Shown here one piece after another: positions 1 to 13,332 of a DNA stretch of 64,000 nt. The position numbers and the translations under genes were made by a program. The notes under the pieces are model-generated. The model ran no database searches, had not been told where the DNA came from, and saw only the letters and a program-made list of their open reading frames with translations. The DNA lies in assembly GCF_001194135.2 (NCBI RefSeq), contig NC_068984.1, positions 49,222,011 through 49,286,010 on the forward strand. Direction: 5' to 3'. Source of the stretch: Octopus bimaculoides (lineage: Eukaryota). Numbering within the stretch: the first letter of the stretch is position 1; each line of letters starts with the position of its first letter.

Positions 1-35
1 TAGTGAAGTGAAAGCACGTTATAAAAATAAAACTA

Positions 36-124
<89 letters not shown>

Positions 125-129
125 TAATA
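1..129 (+). mobile_element. 3' terminus of R4/Dong-like retrotransposon (subfamily 1) with (TAA)n tail
   Basis: TAGTGAAGTGAAAGCACGTTATAAAAATAAAACTACTGAA then (TAA)n. The same 3' end recurs near 3925-3978, 12041-12094, 24650-24710(-) and 26521-26580(-). Confidence 0.85.
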
Positions 130-330
130 TGTTTGGCTTTTGCTTTGTGTTTGTACAAGTAGATTCCAAGTCTCACCGACAGACCTCAAGAGACAAGTTT
201 GAAATTCAGGTTGGTGTTATGGCTAGGGTGCCATATATTTGGTTTTGTACAGAGTGTTGTTCTAGAGAATGTCTGTCAAAATATAAGCAAATTAAAATTT
301 TGTCTTAAAAGTAATTTGATTATAAGATGA
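130..330 (-). mobile_element. possible 3' end of another R4/Dong-like family
   Basis: Minus strand reads CTCTTGAGGTCTGTCGGTGAGACTTGG...CAAACAT into the microsatellite, resembling the 3' UTR layout of the other RLE elements. No coding motif confirmed. Confidence 0.3.
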
Positions 331-411
331 TAGTGTGATGTTAAGATGGCAGTTAAAGGTGTACGTTTAAAAGCATTTTAACACTGTTTAGTGATTAAAA
401 TGTTTTTGGGT

Positions 412-424
412 AATAATTATAATA

Positions 425-483
<59 letters not shown>

Positions 484-507
484 TATAATATTAATAATAA
501 TAATAAC

Positions 508-571
<64 letters not shown>

Positions 572-575
572 GTAA
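412..575. repeat. (AAT)n microsatellite
   Basis: Direct read; forms the 5' flank of the Dong-like element. Confidence 0.98.
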
Positions 576-3500
576 TGATAATATCAAGAATAACATCACG
601 GTTCAGATCAACAACAGACCGTTTCCGTCCCCAACAATCATACACAAAACAATGACAAATAAATTAAAGAATACCCGTATTATTCAACCCAAGGTAACAA
701 ACGAGAAATGCGTACTTTAAACTTGTTACACAAAAAGGACGAAAACCTACCCGTACAAAAACATTTATCAGCAGAAACGAACGGACCGGTACCCTATGAA
801 AATGATGACCATCAAAATAAAGGGCCGGACGCTATTCTTCACGTCCCGCGAATAAAATTAAAAAGCAAAATGGACACAGAAGGAATACATTTCTATCGTC
901 CATACTTATTTCACAACAATGCTCTACCCACAGAACGAAAACATAACACATACATTTAAAATCTGGAAGAAAAGTAACGTAGATTTGGATATATTGATAA
1001 ACCCTAACAAACTAGCCAATATTAGAAGATAAATTCTAAAAATGAAAAAAATATCAGAAATTGAAATAGAATACTTAAAGAAAAAAATACATTAGGAAAA
1101 CGTAGATAGAGATCATACAACAATGCCAAATAATAACATAAGTACTGGCAATGTAAAAGATACATATAACATGAGTAACAAAAACGAAGTAAGTAACGAA
1201 AGACAAGCCTAAACTGTAGGACTGCATAAGGATGATCACAATGCACTAAACCAGGACGCTACAGACAAAAATATAAACGAGAAGGAATGCGGATTGAGAC
1301 CAAAAACTGGAAACAGTGAAGGCGGAATCCATAATTATGATACTCTAAAAATGAGTAAAATCAAGGAATTAAATGCCACAGATCTCAGTTTGAACAACCG
1401 ATGGTACCTCCAAAAATTAAATTTGATAAGACAGTAACAATAATAAATAACATAAATCTGGTCGATACAGAACTAATAGCAGCAGAAACAAATGTCAATA
1501 GGTTAAATTACATAATATATGTAGCAGCCTCTGTGGCTGCAAAAGAAGTTGGATACTCCCTCAAATCCATCTAAAGCAGAGTATCACTATCTAAACATTC
1601 GCTATCGAAAAATATACCCGAAAAAAAAAACAGAGAATAAAAGAAAGGATTTGTCAATCCATAATGAAATTTGTAGGCGAACGACACTTCTAAGCAACAA
1701 GAAAGAAAGAAAGATACTACAGAAATAGAAAATTGCAAAACAACGAATACCCTAAGTAAAAGAACAGCTGAAGCAAAATATCCTCGCTAAAGCACAAAGA
1801 TTCTACCAAGAATTTGGCAAAGGTAAAATAGAGATCAATGGAGCACCAACAGCAGAAGTGGGAGAATTTGGAAAGAAATATGGTCGAGGAAGGAACGACT
1901 TCAGAAAACATCGAGCAAAACAACGAGAATAGCAGCTGAACCACTCTGGACACCTATAACGGAATAGGTAACCCAGGCACTGCAAAACCCAAGCGACTGG
2001 AAGGCACCCGGACACGACAAGATCACCAATTTCTGGCTTAAATATACAACAGGAATACATAAGACGCTCGCAAAGAAATTGAATGAGATATTGGCCTGAA
2101 CGGCTCACAGATTGGAAAACTATCATAATTCCTAAATACACTGGAGCGAAAAACTCACAAAGCTACAGTCCTATAAGATGTCTTACAACAATTTACAAAA
2201 CCTTAACTGCAATAATATCGCAGAAAATGGGTAAACAACTTGAAGAAAACAACTTGTTTCCACAAGAACAGTAGTGCAGAGGTTCATACGGCTGTAAAAA
2301 TCAGTTTTTGATCAATAAAGCCATACCTGATGACAGATGCAAGAAACAAAGGGGCTGAGCATGGCTTGGATCGACTATCGAAAGCTTTTGACAGCATTTC
2401 CCACCCAAGAATCCTAGAGACATTAGCCATTAACAAGGTAGCACCAACAATAATGAAATATATAAAACACTCCATTAATAAATGGCAAACAGTGCTGCAG
2501 CGGGACTCATAAAAACTAAACCCATCCCATTAGAAGAGGAGTGTTCCAGTGAGACTCACTATATACTATCCTTTTCTGCTTAGTACTGACGCCTTTAAGT
2601 GACATGCTAAATAGAACTGGATGTGGATACAACTACTACGGCAGAGCAATCAACCATCTCTTATGTATTGATGATCTAAAACAGTATGCTGCAAATGATA
2701 AACAACTGGAAATATTATTACAGACAGTACATGGATTTACCTAAGAAATTAACAATGAAATTCGGCTTAGAAAAATGTGCCAAAGCAACCTTCAAAAGAG
2801 GAAAGCTAGTTAAGAGTAACAATCACATTAGGTAAAGCAAATGCAATAAGAGAATTAGACCAAAACTAGACATACAAATACTTAGAAATCAATGAACTAG
2901 ATACGCTAAAACACACACAAATGAAAGAGAAGATATAAAAAAGGAATACTATAGACAACTTAATATTTGTAACAGAGGTCAATGCGAACAACATAATATG
3001 AATCAACACTTTAGCAGTCCCAGTTAAAATTCATAGTGACAAAATTCTTAATTGGGCTCTATACGACATGAAAAAAAGAAAAATAATAACAGGATTTAGG
3101 ATGTACCACCCACAATCTGAGATAAAACAACGAATTGAAAGTAGTAGATGCTTAATAGTACTAAAAGACTGTTATAAAATAACTACAGAAATATTTAAAA
3201 CAACTAAAATTCAAATTAAAACTGGATCAACAAAAGACTATGATAAAATGATGACACAACCGTTGAGAGACTCAGGACTCAAAGCCGAGACGGAAGGGTT
3301 TATAATTACAGCACAAGATCAAAGCCTCCCAAACACATAATGAAGAAAAATACGAGTAACTGCAGAATATGTGGTGATGGGGAAGAAACAATTACTCATA
3401 CTGTCTCTGGCTGTCCACTCTTGGCTAAGAGGGAATATATTCACAGACATGACAGAGTTGGGGCCTATTTAAACTGGACGGTGGATCAACACTATGGAAT

Positions 3501-4025
3501 GACAAAAGAAAACAGATAGTATAGGCACACTCCGGAAAAGGTCTCAGAAAATGACAAAGCAACCATATTTTGTGACATGCTAATACACACAGATAGAGAA
3601 ATCAAGGTTAATAGTCCGTATAGAGTTATCACAGATCATCAAGAAAAAAGTACTTTCTAATCGATGTATCAATACCAACAGATGACAATGTATCTCTAAA
3701 AGAAACGGAGAAACGCTGAATTACAAAGATCCGGAAATAGAGAGAATCCGAATGTGGAGTCTAAAATATTCAGACAAATACAAAACCAAAATACCAGGAC
3801 TTATGAATATATATAACATGCAGAAAAGAGCACTACTAGGCACCGCATACGTCCTCTATAAAACACTCTCAATACAGTGAAAATAACAGTACCAAATCAA
3901 ACCACAGCATGTATCCAAGGCATAGAGAGCTGCGCTCGATAGTGCAGTGAAAGCACGTGATGAAAATAAACTACAGAATAACAACAACAACAACAACAAT
4001 AATAATAATGATAATAATAACAATG
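576..4025 (+). mobile_element. near-full-length decayed R4/Dong-like non-LTR retrotransposon (RT + RLE endonuclease)
   Basis: N-terminal KWTQKEY..NKLANIRR; RT motifs WKAPGHDKITNFWLK (~1998), YSPIRCLTTIYKTLT, KAFDSISH, INHLLCIDDLKQY (~2649), KFGLEKCA; CCHC knuckle CRICGDGEETITHTVSGCP..RHDRVG (3361); subfamily-1 3' UTR; (CAA)(TAA) tail 3978-4025. Many stops and frameshifts. Confidence 0.93.
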
Positions 4026-4194
4026 CTCTAACGAGAATAAAAACTGGACCCATTACTTTCCTCTACAAATTCTTGTGTGAAGAAAAGTGGATTTGTCTTG
4101 TACGGATCATCATTTTTATAATTAAATCCGTTCTTTTTTTTGCTTTGCGTATTAAATTGTTTTTCCATTTTCTAACCGAGAATATACAATTATA

Positions 4195-4201
4195 CATATG
4201 C

Positions 4202-4255
<54 letters not shown>

Positions 4256-4603
4256 TTATGCGTGTATTCATACCTATATTCATATATACATTTGCGCGTA
4301 AACGTGCACACGCACACACACGCATACATGCATATATAGAAATATGGTTTACAGCAGCATGTCAAAATAACCTAACAGTATAACTATATATCAAAATAAC
4401 ATAATATACAGCAGATCCCCGAAAGCTTTGTTGCTGGTTTAGGTTTTAATGCTTATCTACCTAGATAAGGAAAGGGATAGCTAGATAAAGGAATGGATGA
4501 ATAGATGATGGACGGAAAGATGGGTGAATTGATGGATGAATAACTGGATGTATAGAAGGATGGCTGTATGAATAGAAGAATTGATGGATGGATACGTGAG
4601 TTC

Positions 4604-4688
<85 letters not shown>

Positions 4689-4721
4689 TAGATAGATAGA
4701 GAGATAGACAGATAGACAGAC

Positions 4722-4799
<78 letters not shown>

Positions 4800-5093
4800 A
4801 GAGAGAGAGAGAGAGATGAGAAATATACTCAAAGAAAATTTTAGATATATAAATAGAATATTGTAATAGAATTGCAAAATAGTTTTGTACATACATGTGT
4901 GGTGAGGTTGAGAGCGTGTGTGTATGTGTGTGTGTATGTTTGTGTGTGTTTGTGTGTGTGTGTGTGTGTGTGTTTTGGGGTGGGTGTGTGTGTGTGTGAA
5001 ATATACATATTTTATTATGCAAGTATGTTTCCCAGGAGCTATCATGTGTGAGTTGAAGCATACGTACAAACATACTCATACATACTCTCACAA

Positions 5094-5125
<32 letters not shown>

Positions 5126-5230
5126 TATATAAATACACACATGAATCCATAAATTCAAGCATACATGTATACATACGTGTGTACAAACGTACGTACGCTC
5201 ACACGTATATACATAAATACATACAAACAT
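4195..5230. repeat. compound microsatellite field (GT)n, (GATG)n, (GATA)n, (GA)n, (CA)n
   Basis: Direct read. Confidence 0.95.
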
Positions 5231-6614
5231 GCATGTCTTGCTAAACGTACAATAGCACATGAAGGTAGTTATTGCACCAGGATTCTACAATCCCTTGTTT
5301 TATCAATCGAATCCCTTTTTATTGGTAAATGTGAAGATAGATAAATAAACATGATGCTAGCTTAGAAGAATAAACTACATTAATAAAGTTATCGACGACG
5401 ACTAGCGACAACAACGATAAAGATTTTGATGACGAAGACAATGGCAACGCAGTTGGTGATTTTGATGCGCATGATGATCGTGATGAATGGGTCTTTGTTG
5501 TGTTTCCACACATTCAATATATTGCTTCGATTATTCACTTCCCAACATGCTATAACAACTACTGTAGTGAAATTATGTGTTCCCTCTCTCTCTTTCTTAT
5601 ATCGGCAATGCAACGGCTTATTTTAAGAATACGCAACTCTGTACCATCACTATTCAAACCTGCCCCACGTATTTACCTCACATATTGTGTGTTGTAGTAC
5701 TCAGAGCCAGTCCTGACACCATTTTCCCTGTGTTCATTCCACTAGACATGCAACATTTATTAACTTTAATCCTACCCATGCTTTACTTTCAATCAGTGTT
5801 CAAGCTCTGCCTATAGTATCTTTATAGTGGAAGATAATGAACTAGTAGTCATTTGGTCATGTAACCTTAGTGGGCAGCTATATTAACACTGATTATTTGA
5901 TTGTTATAGAGTGGTTTAAAAGAATGATGCACTGAGAATGCTTTCTCATTGACTGAATTAAGTAACAATAGAACTCATCCTGATAAGTTAATGAAATACT
6001 TAGCTTTGACAGAATTGCTGGTTGAAGAGCTAGACAGAATAACTTGGTGTTTGATTAAGGTTCTTTGTGTTCTTAGTTTAAATTTTCCGAGATCGCTAAA
6101 ATAAAGAATCAGCCAATGCTGGTAAATCGCATTTGAGGCCTTGTACCTTTTCTAGAAATTAATATTATTAGAATAGTGAACTAGCAGAATCGTTGGAGAG
6201 TCTCTCCTGGAGCTAAACGAAGAACAACATCCTTGAAGCAAACTCAATATTTATAAGTCGTGTTTGATAACAGTGCTAATTCCTTTGGTAGCAGTGGTGG
6301 TTAATGCGTGTGATGATGAAGATGGTGGTGCCATTGGTGGTTACCACCAATACCACTGCCAGTGGTAGTGATGATGGTTGTAATTATGCATTTAAGCGGT
6401 AGCCATGATGGTGTTGATGGTAGCTGTCTTTGTGATAATGGTCAAAATAATTTTATAAAAGAAAAATCTGCAGATTATATTTTTGAAATTCGTCCATCGT
6501 AATCCCAAATCGTAACCAAAGTCCCTTAGCTCACAGTCAAATATTTTTTTTTTTTAAATAAGGACAATTTGGACTACGTAGGTTCTTAATATAAATGACA
6601 GCCAGCTAGCCAGC

Positions 6615-6747
6615 TAATCAGCCAGACAGACAGGCAGACAGAGACAGAGACACACAGACACGCAAACAGACAGACAGACACACAGACAGGCAGACAGGCA
6701 GGCAGGCAGACAGAAAGACAGACACACACACAGACAGACACACAGAC

Positions 6748-6812
<65 letters not shown>
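6615..6812. repeat. (CAGA)n/(GATA)n microsatellite
   Basis: Direct read. Confidence 0.95.
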
Positions 6813-6813
<1 letters not shown>

Positions 6814-7339
6814 ACTGAAAAATTAGGGATAATTACGTATGGAATGCTTTTGTTGTTTTTTTTGTCTAAACACAACCCGTACAGTTTGTAGCTTCTACGT
6901 GTAGAATTGATCAGTTGCACAGCATTCTTCAAATCTTTTTGCAACATCATATTCTTGCAGCCGTTTTGTGGATGCTGTCATTGAGGTTGTTATACAGCAC
7001 CTTGTCAAACAAAACTGAGCGTCTCTATGATCAAAATCGATGCTTTGGCCGGGACAACCCTGCCTTTGGATATCTATGAATGCTTGTCCAATATGTTCCT
7101 CCTTTCTGAAGAAAGTGGGAATGGTATGAGGGAGTTTTGACCACTGCGACTGCATGAAAAACTGGCAATGGATCATGGAAAACTGATTTTATTAGAGGAA
7201 CAAACTAATTGTTTTAACAATACATACGCTACTGGTGCGTTAGACTTTTTTTTTACTCCATCGTGTAAAAGACATCTGATTAATACAGATACTCGTTAAC
7301 ATCTTAAAATTATCAAAGATGAGCTAAGGAGAGAAAACT

Positions 7340-7420
7340 TTATGTGGCCACTCAGTCTGCTAGAAATAACAACGAAAGTTTCCTTAATTCACACATTATC
7401 GCTTAAAGAAGGATACCTTG
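7340..7420 (+). repeat. unclassified interspersed repeat (ATGTGG..CTGCTAGAAATA.. family)
   Basis: Similar segments at ~7975-8050(+) and ~10890-10945(-). Confidence 0.55.
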
Positions 7421-8749
7421 GAAAATATATCGGAAAATAAATTTTGTTTCAAAGCGAAACTGTGCGAAAGAATATTTCTGAAGATTTTAGCCAACACTGT
7501 ATATATTGGCAAATGTAAGCATTTTGTATACAATGTATTCATGGACAGAAAATGAATGGTCAATCGCACATAATTCAAATCTCTAAAGAGAGTACTTGCT
7601 CAGAGATGAAGTCCCAACACATGATTTATATTAATGCCGTTGATCACTCTTTACTGTTCACAAAGTTAGTTGTTTACAACTAATTATCACATACAGTGTT
7701 CGCTAAAATTTATAAATATATCACACCGTAATTTGCACAGGTTTTTAAAAGGTAATTATCTTTTTTTCTGAAGACTAATAATGTAAACAAGTAAACAGTG
7801 GAAGGGGAAATGGTTTTTTAACTAACTTCTACATCCTGTTTACTAGGGTACACGAGGCTCAGATCACTTACACATACATTTAGTGTACTTCATCGTATGA
7901 AAAATCACTTAATGAATTTACATAATCACTAACATCCTACAACTATTGAATACAGACACTGAGGGAGTCCCTTTATGGTTGCTCAACCTGCTACGAATAG
8001 CTTCCTTAATTCATACCATATCGCTTTAAAAAAGGATACTCTAGACTATACAGCCTCTGACACAAAAATATTGATGTTTTGGATGTAATTGCTTTAATTG
8101 TGTAGACACACATCCACACTTAAATGTACAGTCATCAATGATTACGTGTGAATGGAAGTTGTTCAAGTTCCAGTGTGGGTGAAAATCGATCATTTGTCAG
8201 TAATCGTACTTGTTATTTAATCCAAGCATGAGAGTTATTGCTTATACTCTACATAAACAACAAATCAGGATTCAGTTGAAAAAGCCGCTTAAATTAGTAT
8301 AGTAGTACATTCGGTATTAGCAACGGTGTCAATGAATCAATTCATTTCTCAAAACACGGCGTGTATTCGACTACTAGCATACAATTTTAAAATTGCAGGT
8401 ATACCAACACTAAAAATTTCAGATTCTCTTATATAAACTATGTTGGGTGTTTTAATTAATTAGGCACGTTGTCAAATACGACACTGCTATCCACATAAGA
8501 TTGGCCTGTATTTATTATACATAGCCACAATCAGTCAATGCCTCTGTGAGTGAAAATGGGGACATTGGTTCTCCAATGAATTTTTAAATAAGCAATTAAA
8601 CTAATCAGAAATCATTAAAAAACTAGTAGTTTTCTGTACTTGACGTATATTCAGTTCTGTACATAACTGAATATATATCCGTTTAAAAAACTTGAAGCAT
8701 GCCAACACTTTAAAATAATCATTCTATATAATCTGTTGTCCATAAATGC

Positions 8750-8804
<55 letters not shown>

Positions 8805-8808
<4 letters not shown>

Positions 8809-9090
8809 TTAGACTAAGGTCATGAGTTCATTTCCCGACGATGAGTGGTGTCTTTGAACAAGGCACTTTACTTCACGTTCCAGTCCACTCAGCTGGCAAA
8901 AAGAAATAGTGCCTGTATTTCAAAGAGCCGACCTTCTCACAACCTGTGCCACGCAAAATCTCCCTGAAACTTACGTTAAGGGTACACGTGTCTGTGGAGT
9001 GCTCGGCCGCATGTACGTTAATTTAACGCGCAGATGGTTCCGTAGATCGGATCAACTGGAACCTTCGTCATCGTAATCGACGGAGTGCCA
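8805..9090 (+). mobile_element. tRNA-derived SINE (OR-like; CORE-like box, shared 3' tail)
   Basis: Head remnant GTGGTTAG..GTCATGAGTTCATTTCCC; TTGAACAAGGCACTT CORE-like box; tail ...GGATCAACTGGAACC..CGACGGAGTGCC shared with 19259-19578 and 58892-59281. Confidence 0.85.
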
Positions 9091-9320
9091 TGTAAGTGTG
9101 TGTGTGCGTGCCTGCGTGTGTGTATGTGTGTGTAAGTGTGTGTGTGTGTTAGTGTGTGTGAATGTATGTATGTGTGTGTATGTAAGTGTGCGTGTACATG
9201 TGTGCATGAGACAGTGGCTACATGAATGTGTATACAGGGTTAAAATGAAAATAAAACACAATATCCCATCTAAAAGTAAACGTATTTTAAAAAATATAAA
9301 AATATCGACTAGATAACACT

Positions 9321-9900
9321 TTACTCAAAGTAGCCACTCTTAGCTTTCACCACGGCTTCAAGATGACTTTGGAACCATTGTGTCCTCGGAAAGATTTCCG
9401 AACACGTCGTTGATCTTCACCAGCAGCTCAACCCTGATGTTGCAGCCAGATCTGTTGGTGTCTTTCTCAACCGCGTCTCACACATTGTAATGTACGGGAT
9501 TACAGTCGGGGGAATTATGAGGTCAGAAATCGGGGTTGATGAAGTCCTAGAAATTCTCCGACCACTTCTGACACTTTCCGGAGAATCCGAATCCTGCTGC
9601 TACACATGTCATTCCTGCAACAATCCCCTCCAACCAGGCTTTTACCGCAGTTTACATCAATTTCATATAACTGTCTGAATTTAGCCTAAGGCCCTGTTTA
9701 AAATTATGAGGTGGCATGACTTCACCCACACTGGAGACACGCCCAAAGACCAATATACCTTGAGGGAACTTGGTTTTCATAATGTCCATGTCACGTCTTA
9801 CATCCTTTACAGAGTTCACGGAGCATTGAACAACAGTCACGATGTCGGCATTTTGAGACCCGGCGCGAATAATCATTATACAGGTAATTATTTTCCAATA
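9321..9900 (-). mobile_element. internally deleted maT/DD37D-type Tc1/mariner transposon
   Basis: IMKTKFPQGILVFGRVSSVGEVMPPHNFKQGLRLNSD.Y; QQDSDS; PPDCNP; C-terminal AVVKAKSGYFE*. Confidence 0.85.
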
Positions 9901-10334
9901 TTTATAAGAAAGTGTCTGTGAGTGAAAATATGCTTAGTGCGAGTGTTTAGTGCGATATTGACGAAATGTATGTTGCTTACATTATACTACTCTAAAGAAA
10001 TTGGAATATATTATAATTAAAAAGCATCATCAGCTTAGGTGAAGAGTTCCTAACAATTTGTGAATAACTTAACACTTCACAAGTGCATAACTGGCTCATT
10101 ACAGCTGCCATTTATTATCTTCTAAACAAAAGGTGTAAATACCAACATTAATTCTATTCAAATTTCTGTAAGGGATTTCAGAAAAAAGACGTTTTGTGTG
10201 GATCATTTGGTTAAGCAGGTGTTTTATATATTCACTTGAGAACATCTTAGCTTAAATCTCACCTTCAATAAATGTATTTTTTAAAGCAAATGGATTCCCT
10301 CTCGTAGAATCAGAAAGCACAAGGTCATAAGAAA

Positions 10335-10490
10335 TAGCTGAGTGTATCAACTCTGGTACTTCGCAAGCTCTTTTTATAGATCGCAGTGAAGTGAAAGATT
10401 ATGTCCACAGTGGCTGGATTTGAACCCGGAGTAAAAATTAACGTTACTAAACACTACAACACAATAAACCGATTCGTTGAATTGTCTGCT
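10335..10490 (-). mobile_element. degenerate Meta-type tRNA-SINE
   Basis: Reverse complement has GGGTTCAAATCC B-box and remnants of the CTTTCA..GATAAA..AAGTACCAG central domain. Confidence 0.5.
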
Positions 10491-11329
10491 GTTCCAATAT
10501 CTTTAAAATGATCAATGACTGCCCATATTCGATGAGAATAGAACCACTCATTACTTTCTTATTTGGCAAATGTGCTGCTCGTTACAGAGTAATTTGTTCG
10601 CCGAAGCAGATATCAGCCTACGTCCAATGATAAGCACCTACATGCTTTGTCAGAGATATCAGTAAACACCTAAAGTTATTGTAAAATTTTATAGAAATCA
10701 AATGGGTATAAAAATGACTTGCTGATAAATTTGTAGTGTGGTGATGGTGGTGTTTCTTTAACCCCAGGTCGGACCAGACTCACCAGACTTATAATCAAAG
10801 CCATTTCAATTACAAAACCCCGTTCTTCTTTAACAGCATTGTATTTCTTGGACTACATTTACCAGCGTCACCAGCCATGTCCAAGACGGTAGGGTATAAT
10901 TTCAAAGAAATTTGGTTGGTATTTCTAGCAGATCGAATAACCACATACATGTTCTCTTACGTGTTTGATGGGCGATGTGATACGTTTATCTACCAACTGC
11001 AGGCAAGGGAGACATTGTTTCGTGAACGTGAATTCCATTTGCTTGTAGTGAATTCATGCTCTTTTAAAGCACAAACAAAATTAAGAATCCAGAAGGCTGA
11101 AATTGTTAATATTGTTTGCCAAAGAATAGATACGGTATGTAATGACAGATATTACACTATATTTCTGAGCATAAGAATTTATTCGACATTTCTTCAGTTA
11201 TTAGAAACAGATACAGGACTTTATGGGAACTATAGTTATTAGAGATTGGTGTCTATTCTAAGGAATGTTTTATACAGATGCTGAAATTCAGTGCTTGCCT
11301 GTAGAGATTAGTCTATTATCATTCTTATT

Positions 11330-11616
11330 GAATGAGAGAGCAGTGCATGCCATCAAAGTGACACTGGTGTAAAATATACGAAACCCAGTATACCCAGTAT
11401 GACTACCTATCTGATAAGGGTACACCAGGCATATGCATCACAATCATTTATGTGGGACATGGCGATCCTAAACCAAGATGAACAGCACATGACCTTACAC
11501 GAGGAGCCCAATTAGAATTTTCTTCAAGTCGAGTAGGCCATCCCACTCAAAAGGACATTGAATAAGGATTGTATGAGGATGCTGGACGAAACACTCCAAA
11601 GAATTCCTCTCAACAC
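11330..11616 (-). mobile_element. 5'-truncated copy of non-coding TAA-associated element ('element D')
   Basis: Aligns by eye with 24029-24570 and 27370-27890 (GAGAGCAGTGCATGCCATCAAAGTGACACTGG..GAATTCCTCTCAACAC). Confidence 0.85.
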
Positions 11617-12110
11617 CAGAAAAGCCCCTTCATGACAAATACCGAGCTAAACTAAACGCAAAAGAAATAGACAGAGAAAAATCCCAGCAATGGTTGAGAA
11701 GCTCAGGACTCAAAGCAGAGACTGAAGGATTTTTTATTGCAGCACAAGACCAATGCTTCCCCACCAGAAATTACCAAAAACATATAACGAAAAGAAACAT
11801 AACAAGTAACTGTATAATATGTGGAGATGGACAAGAAACAATAAATCAGATTATCTCTGGCTGCCCAGTCTAGCTAAGAAGGAATATATTCACAGACACG
11901 ACAGAGTTGGAACTTACATACACTGGAAGCTATGCCAACACTATGGAATAACAACAGAAAAAAGATGGTATAAGCACACGCCAGAAGAGGTCACAGAAAA
12001 TGAGAAAGCAACCATACTATGGGATATGCCAATACACACAGAGCTGCGCTCGGTAGTGAAGTGAAAGTACGTTATAAAAATAAAACTACTGAATGATAAT
12101 AATAATAATG

Positions 12111-12168
<58 letters not shown>

Positions 12169-12175
12169 TGATAAT
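11617..12175 (+). mobile_element. R4/Dong-like 3' fragment with internal deletion and (TAA)n tail
   Basis: LRSSGLKAETEGFFIAAQDQ; CIICGDGQETINQIISGCP; KKEYIHRHDRVGTYIHWKLCQHYG; ILWDMPIHT joined directly to the 3' UTR GAGCTGCGCTCGGTAG. Confidence 0.92.
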
Positions 12176-12177
<2 letters not shown>

Positions 12178-12224
<47 letters not shown>

Positions 12225-12318
12225 TAGAAATAGAAGGATGTTAGAGCTATAACATAAATGTTGGCGTTTATAAAGATAAAATCAGAGAAGGGAACATGAA
12301 TTATTAGTCCGAGGAGGG

Positions 12319-12350
<32 letters not shown>

Positions 12351-12425
12351 AAGAAGAAGAAGAAGAAGAAGAAGAAGAAGAAGAAGAAGAAGAAGAAGAA
12401 GAAGAAGAAGAAGAAGAAGAAGAAG
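12178..12425. repeat. (TAG)n (12178-12224) and (AAG)n (~12318-12425) microsatellites
   Basis: Direct read. Confidence 0.95.
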
Positions 12426-12689
12426 GGGAGGAGGAATATACGTAGTTACAACGAAAGAGGAAAATTCACGCTATTGATAGAAATCATTTCAGCAGCAAAT
12501 ATGAGGTTTTCCTTTGAACTATAAGTTTATTGTCAAAGATTAGGAAGTCTTATTGTTTGAGGGAAATAAACTGACAGCCAAAGAGGAGAAATTTGATCAG
12601 TTGATAGAAATTAGTCGTCTGACAGAGAGAATACTCACATTACTTAGTGCAAATTATTTTGCCACCAATGATTAGAAATGTCTTTGATA

Positions 12690-12900
12690 TTAGTAAGTTG
12701 ATTGTCAGATATGAAATATTTCTGAGAGTTGAACATATTTTCTTTTTATTACGTAATCTGAAAAGGAGAAGGGGGAAAGGAGGAGGTATGACAGTACATA
12801 TTGTCATCTTACGTCTTCCAAGACTAGAAAATGAAGATGACTCAGTGGAGTTAATTTACTTTATGATAATGGTGAATGCATCTGAGTTCGTGGTGAAACA
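12690..12900 (+). mobile_element. possible decayed LINE AP-endonuclease fragment (CR1/L2-like)
   Basis: FFLLRNLKRRRGKGGGMTVHIV..RLENEDDSVELIYF resembles the APE motif FRxDR..GGGVxxYV..LE..E.IW. Confidence 0.4.
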
Positions 12901-13332
12901 CTGGTAAGTTAATGATGTGTTGAGTTCCAAATCTAAGGGTTGGAGTATTTTTTTATCATTAATCCAATGAGAAAAGACAATGTTGTCCAGACTCTCAATT
13001 ACTAACGGATAGCTACTTTGTAGTATCTTTTGTATGGGGTAGATTTCATAAGTCTTTGTTAAACTGTGTATTGTTCATAATTAAACACAGAATTTAATTA
13101 AGTGGCATTCAGTTTTATTGCATAACCTAGCAAAAGTTTTAGTTAATTTCTTACTAACATATTCAATAACTCACTCATGAAAGCCTGTCTAGGAAGAGTG
13201 AATACATAAATATTAAATAGCGTCTTTGGCTTAAAGGCGTTATTTATCAAAGTGTGAGCGAATGAAGGGCTTACATTTAACCCCAAACAATCCTTACAGT
13301 TCATATCAAGCTAAATACCATATCATTGAAGC

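Noticed and set aside
6895-7176. 93-aa minus-strand ORF in apparently unique sequence
   Set aside because: No recognisable domain; faint resemblance to a mariner N-terminus (..RQGCP..) but too weak to call either way.
12823-12903. 81-nt symmetric + strand exon candidate (LENEDDSVELIYF.., donor GTAAGT)
   Set aside because: The frame continues upstream into an RRGKGGG AP-endonuclease-like motif, so LINE debris is more likely. No partner exons found; RNA-seq could overturn this.
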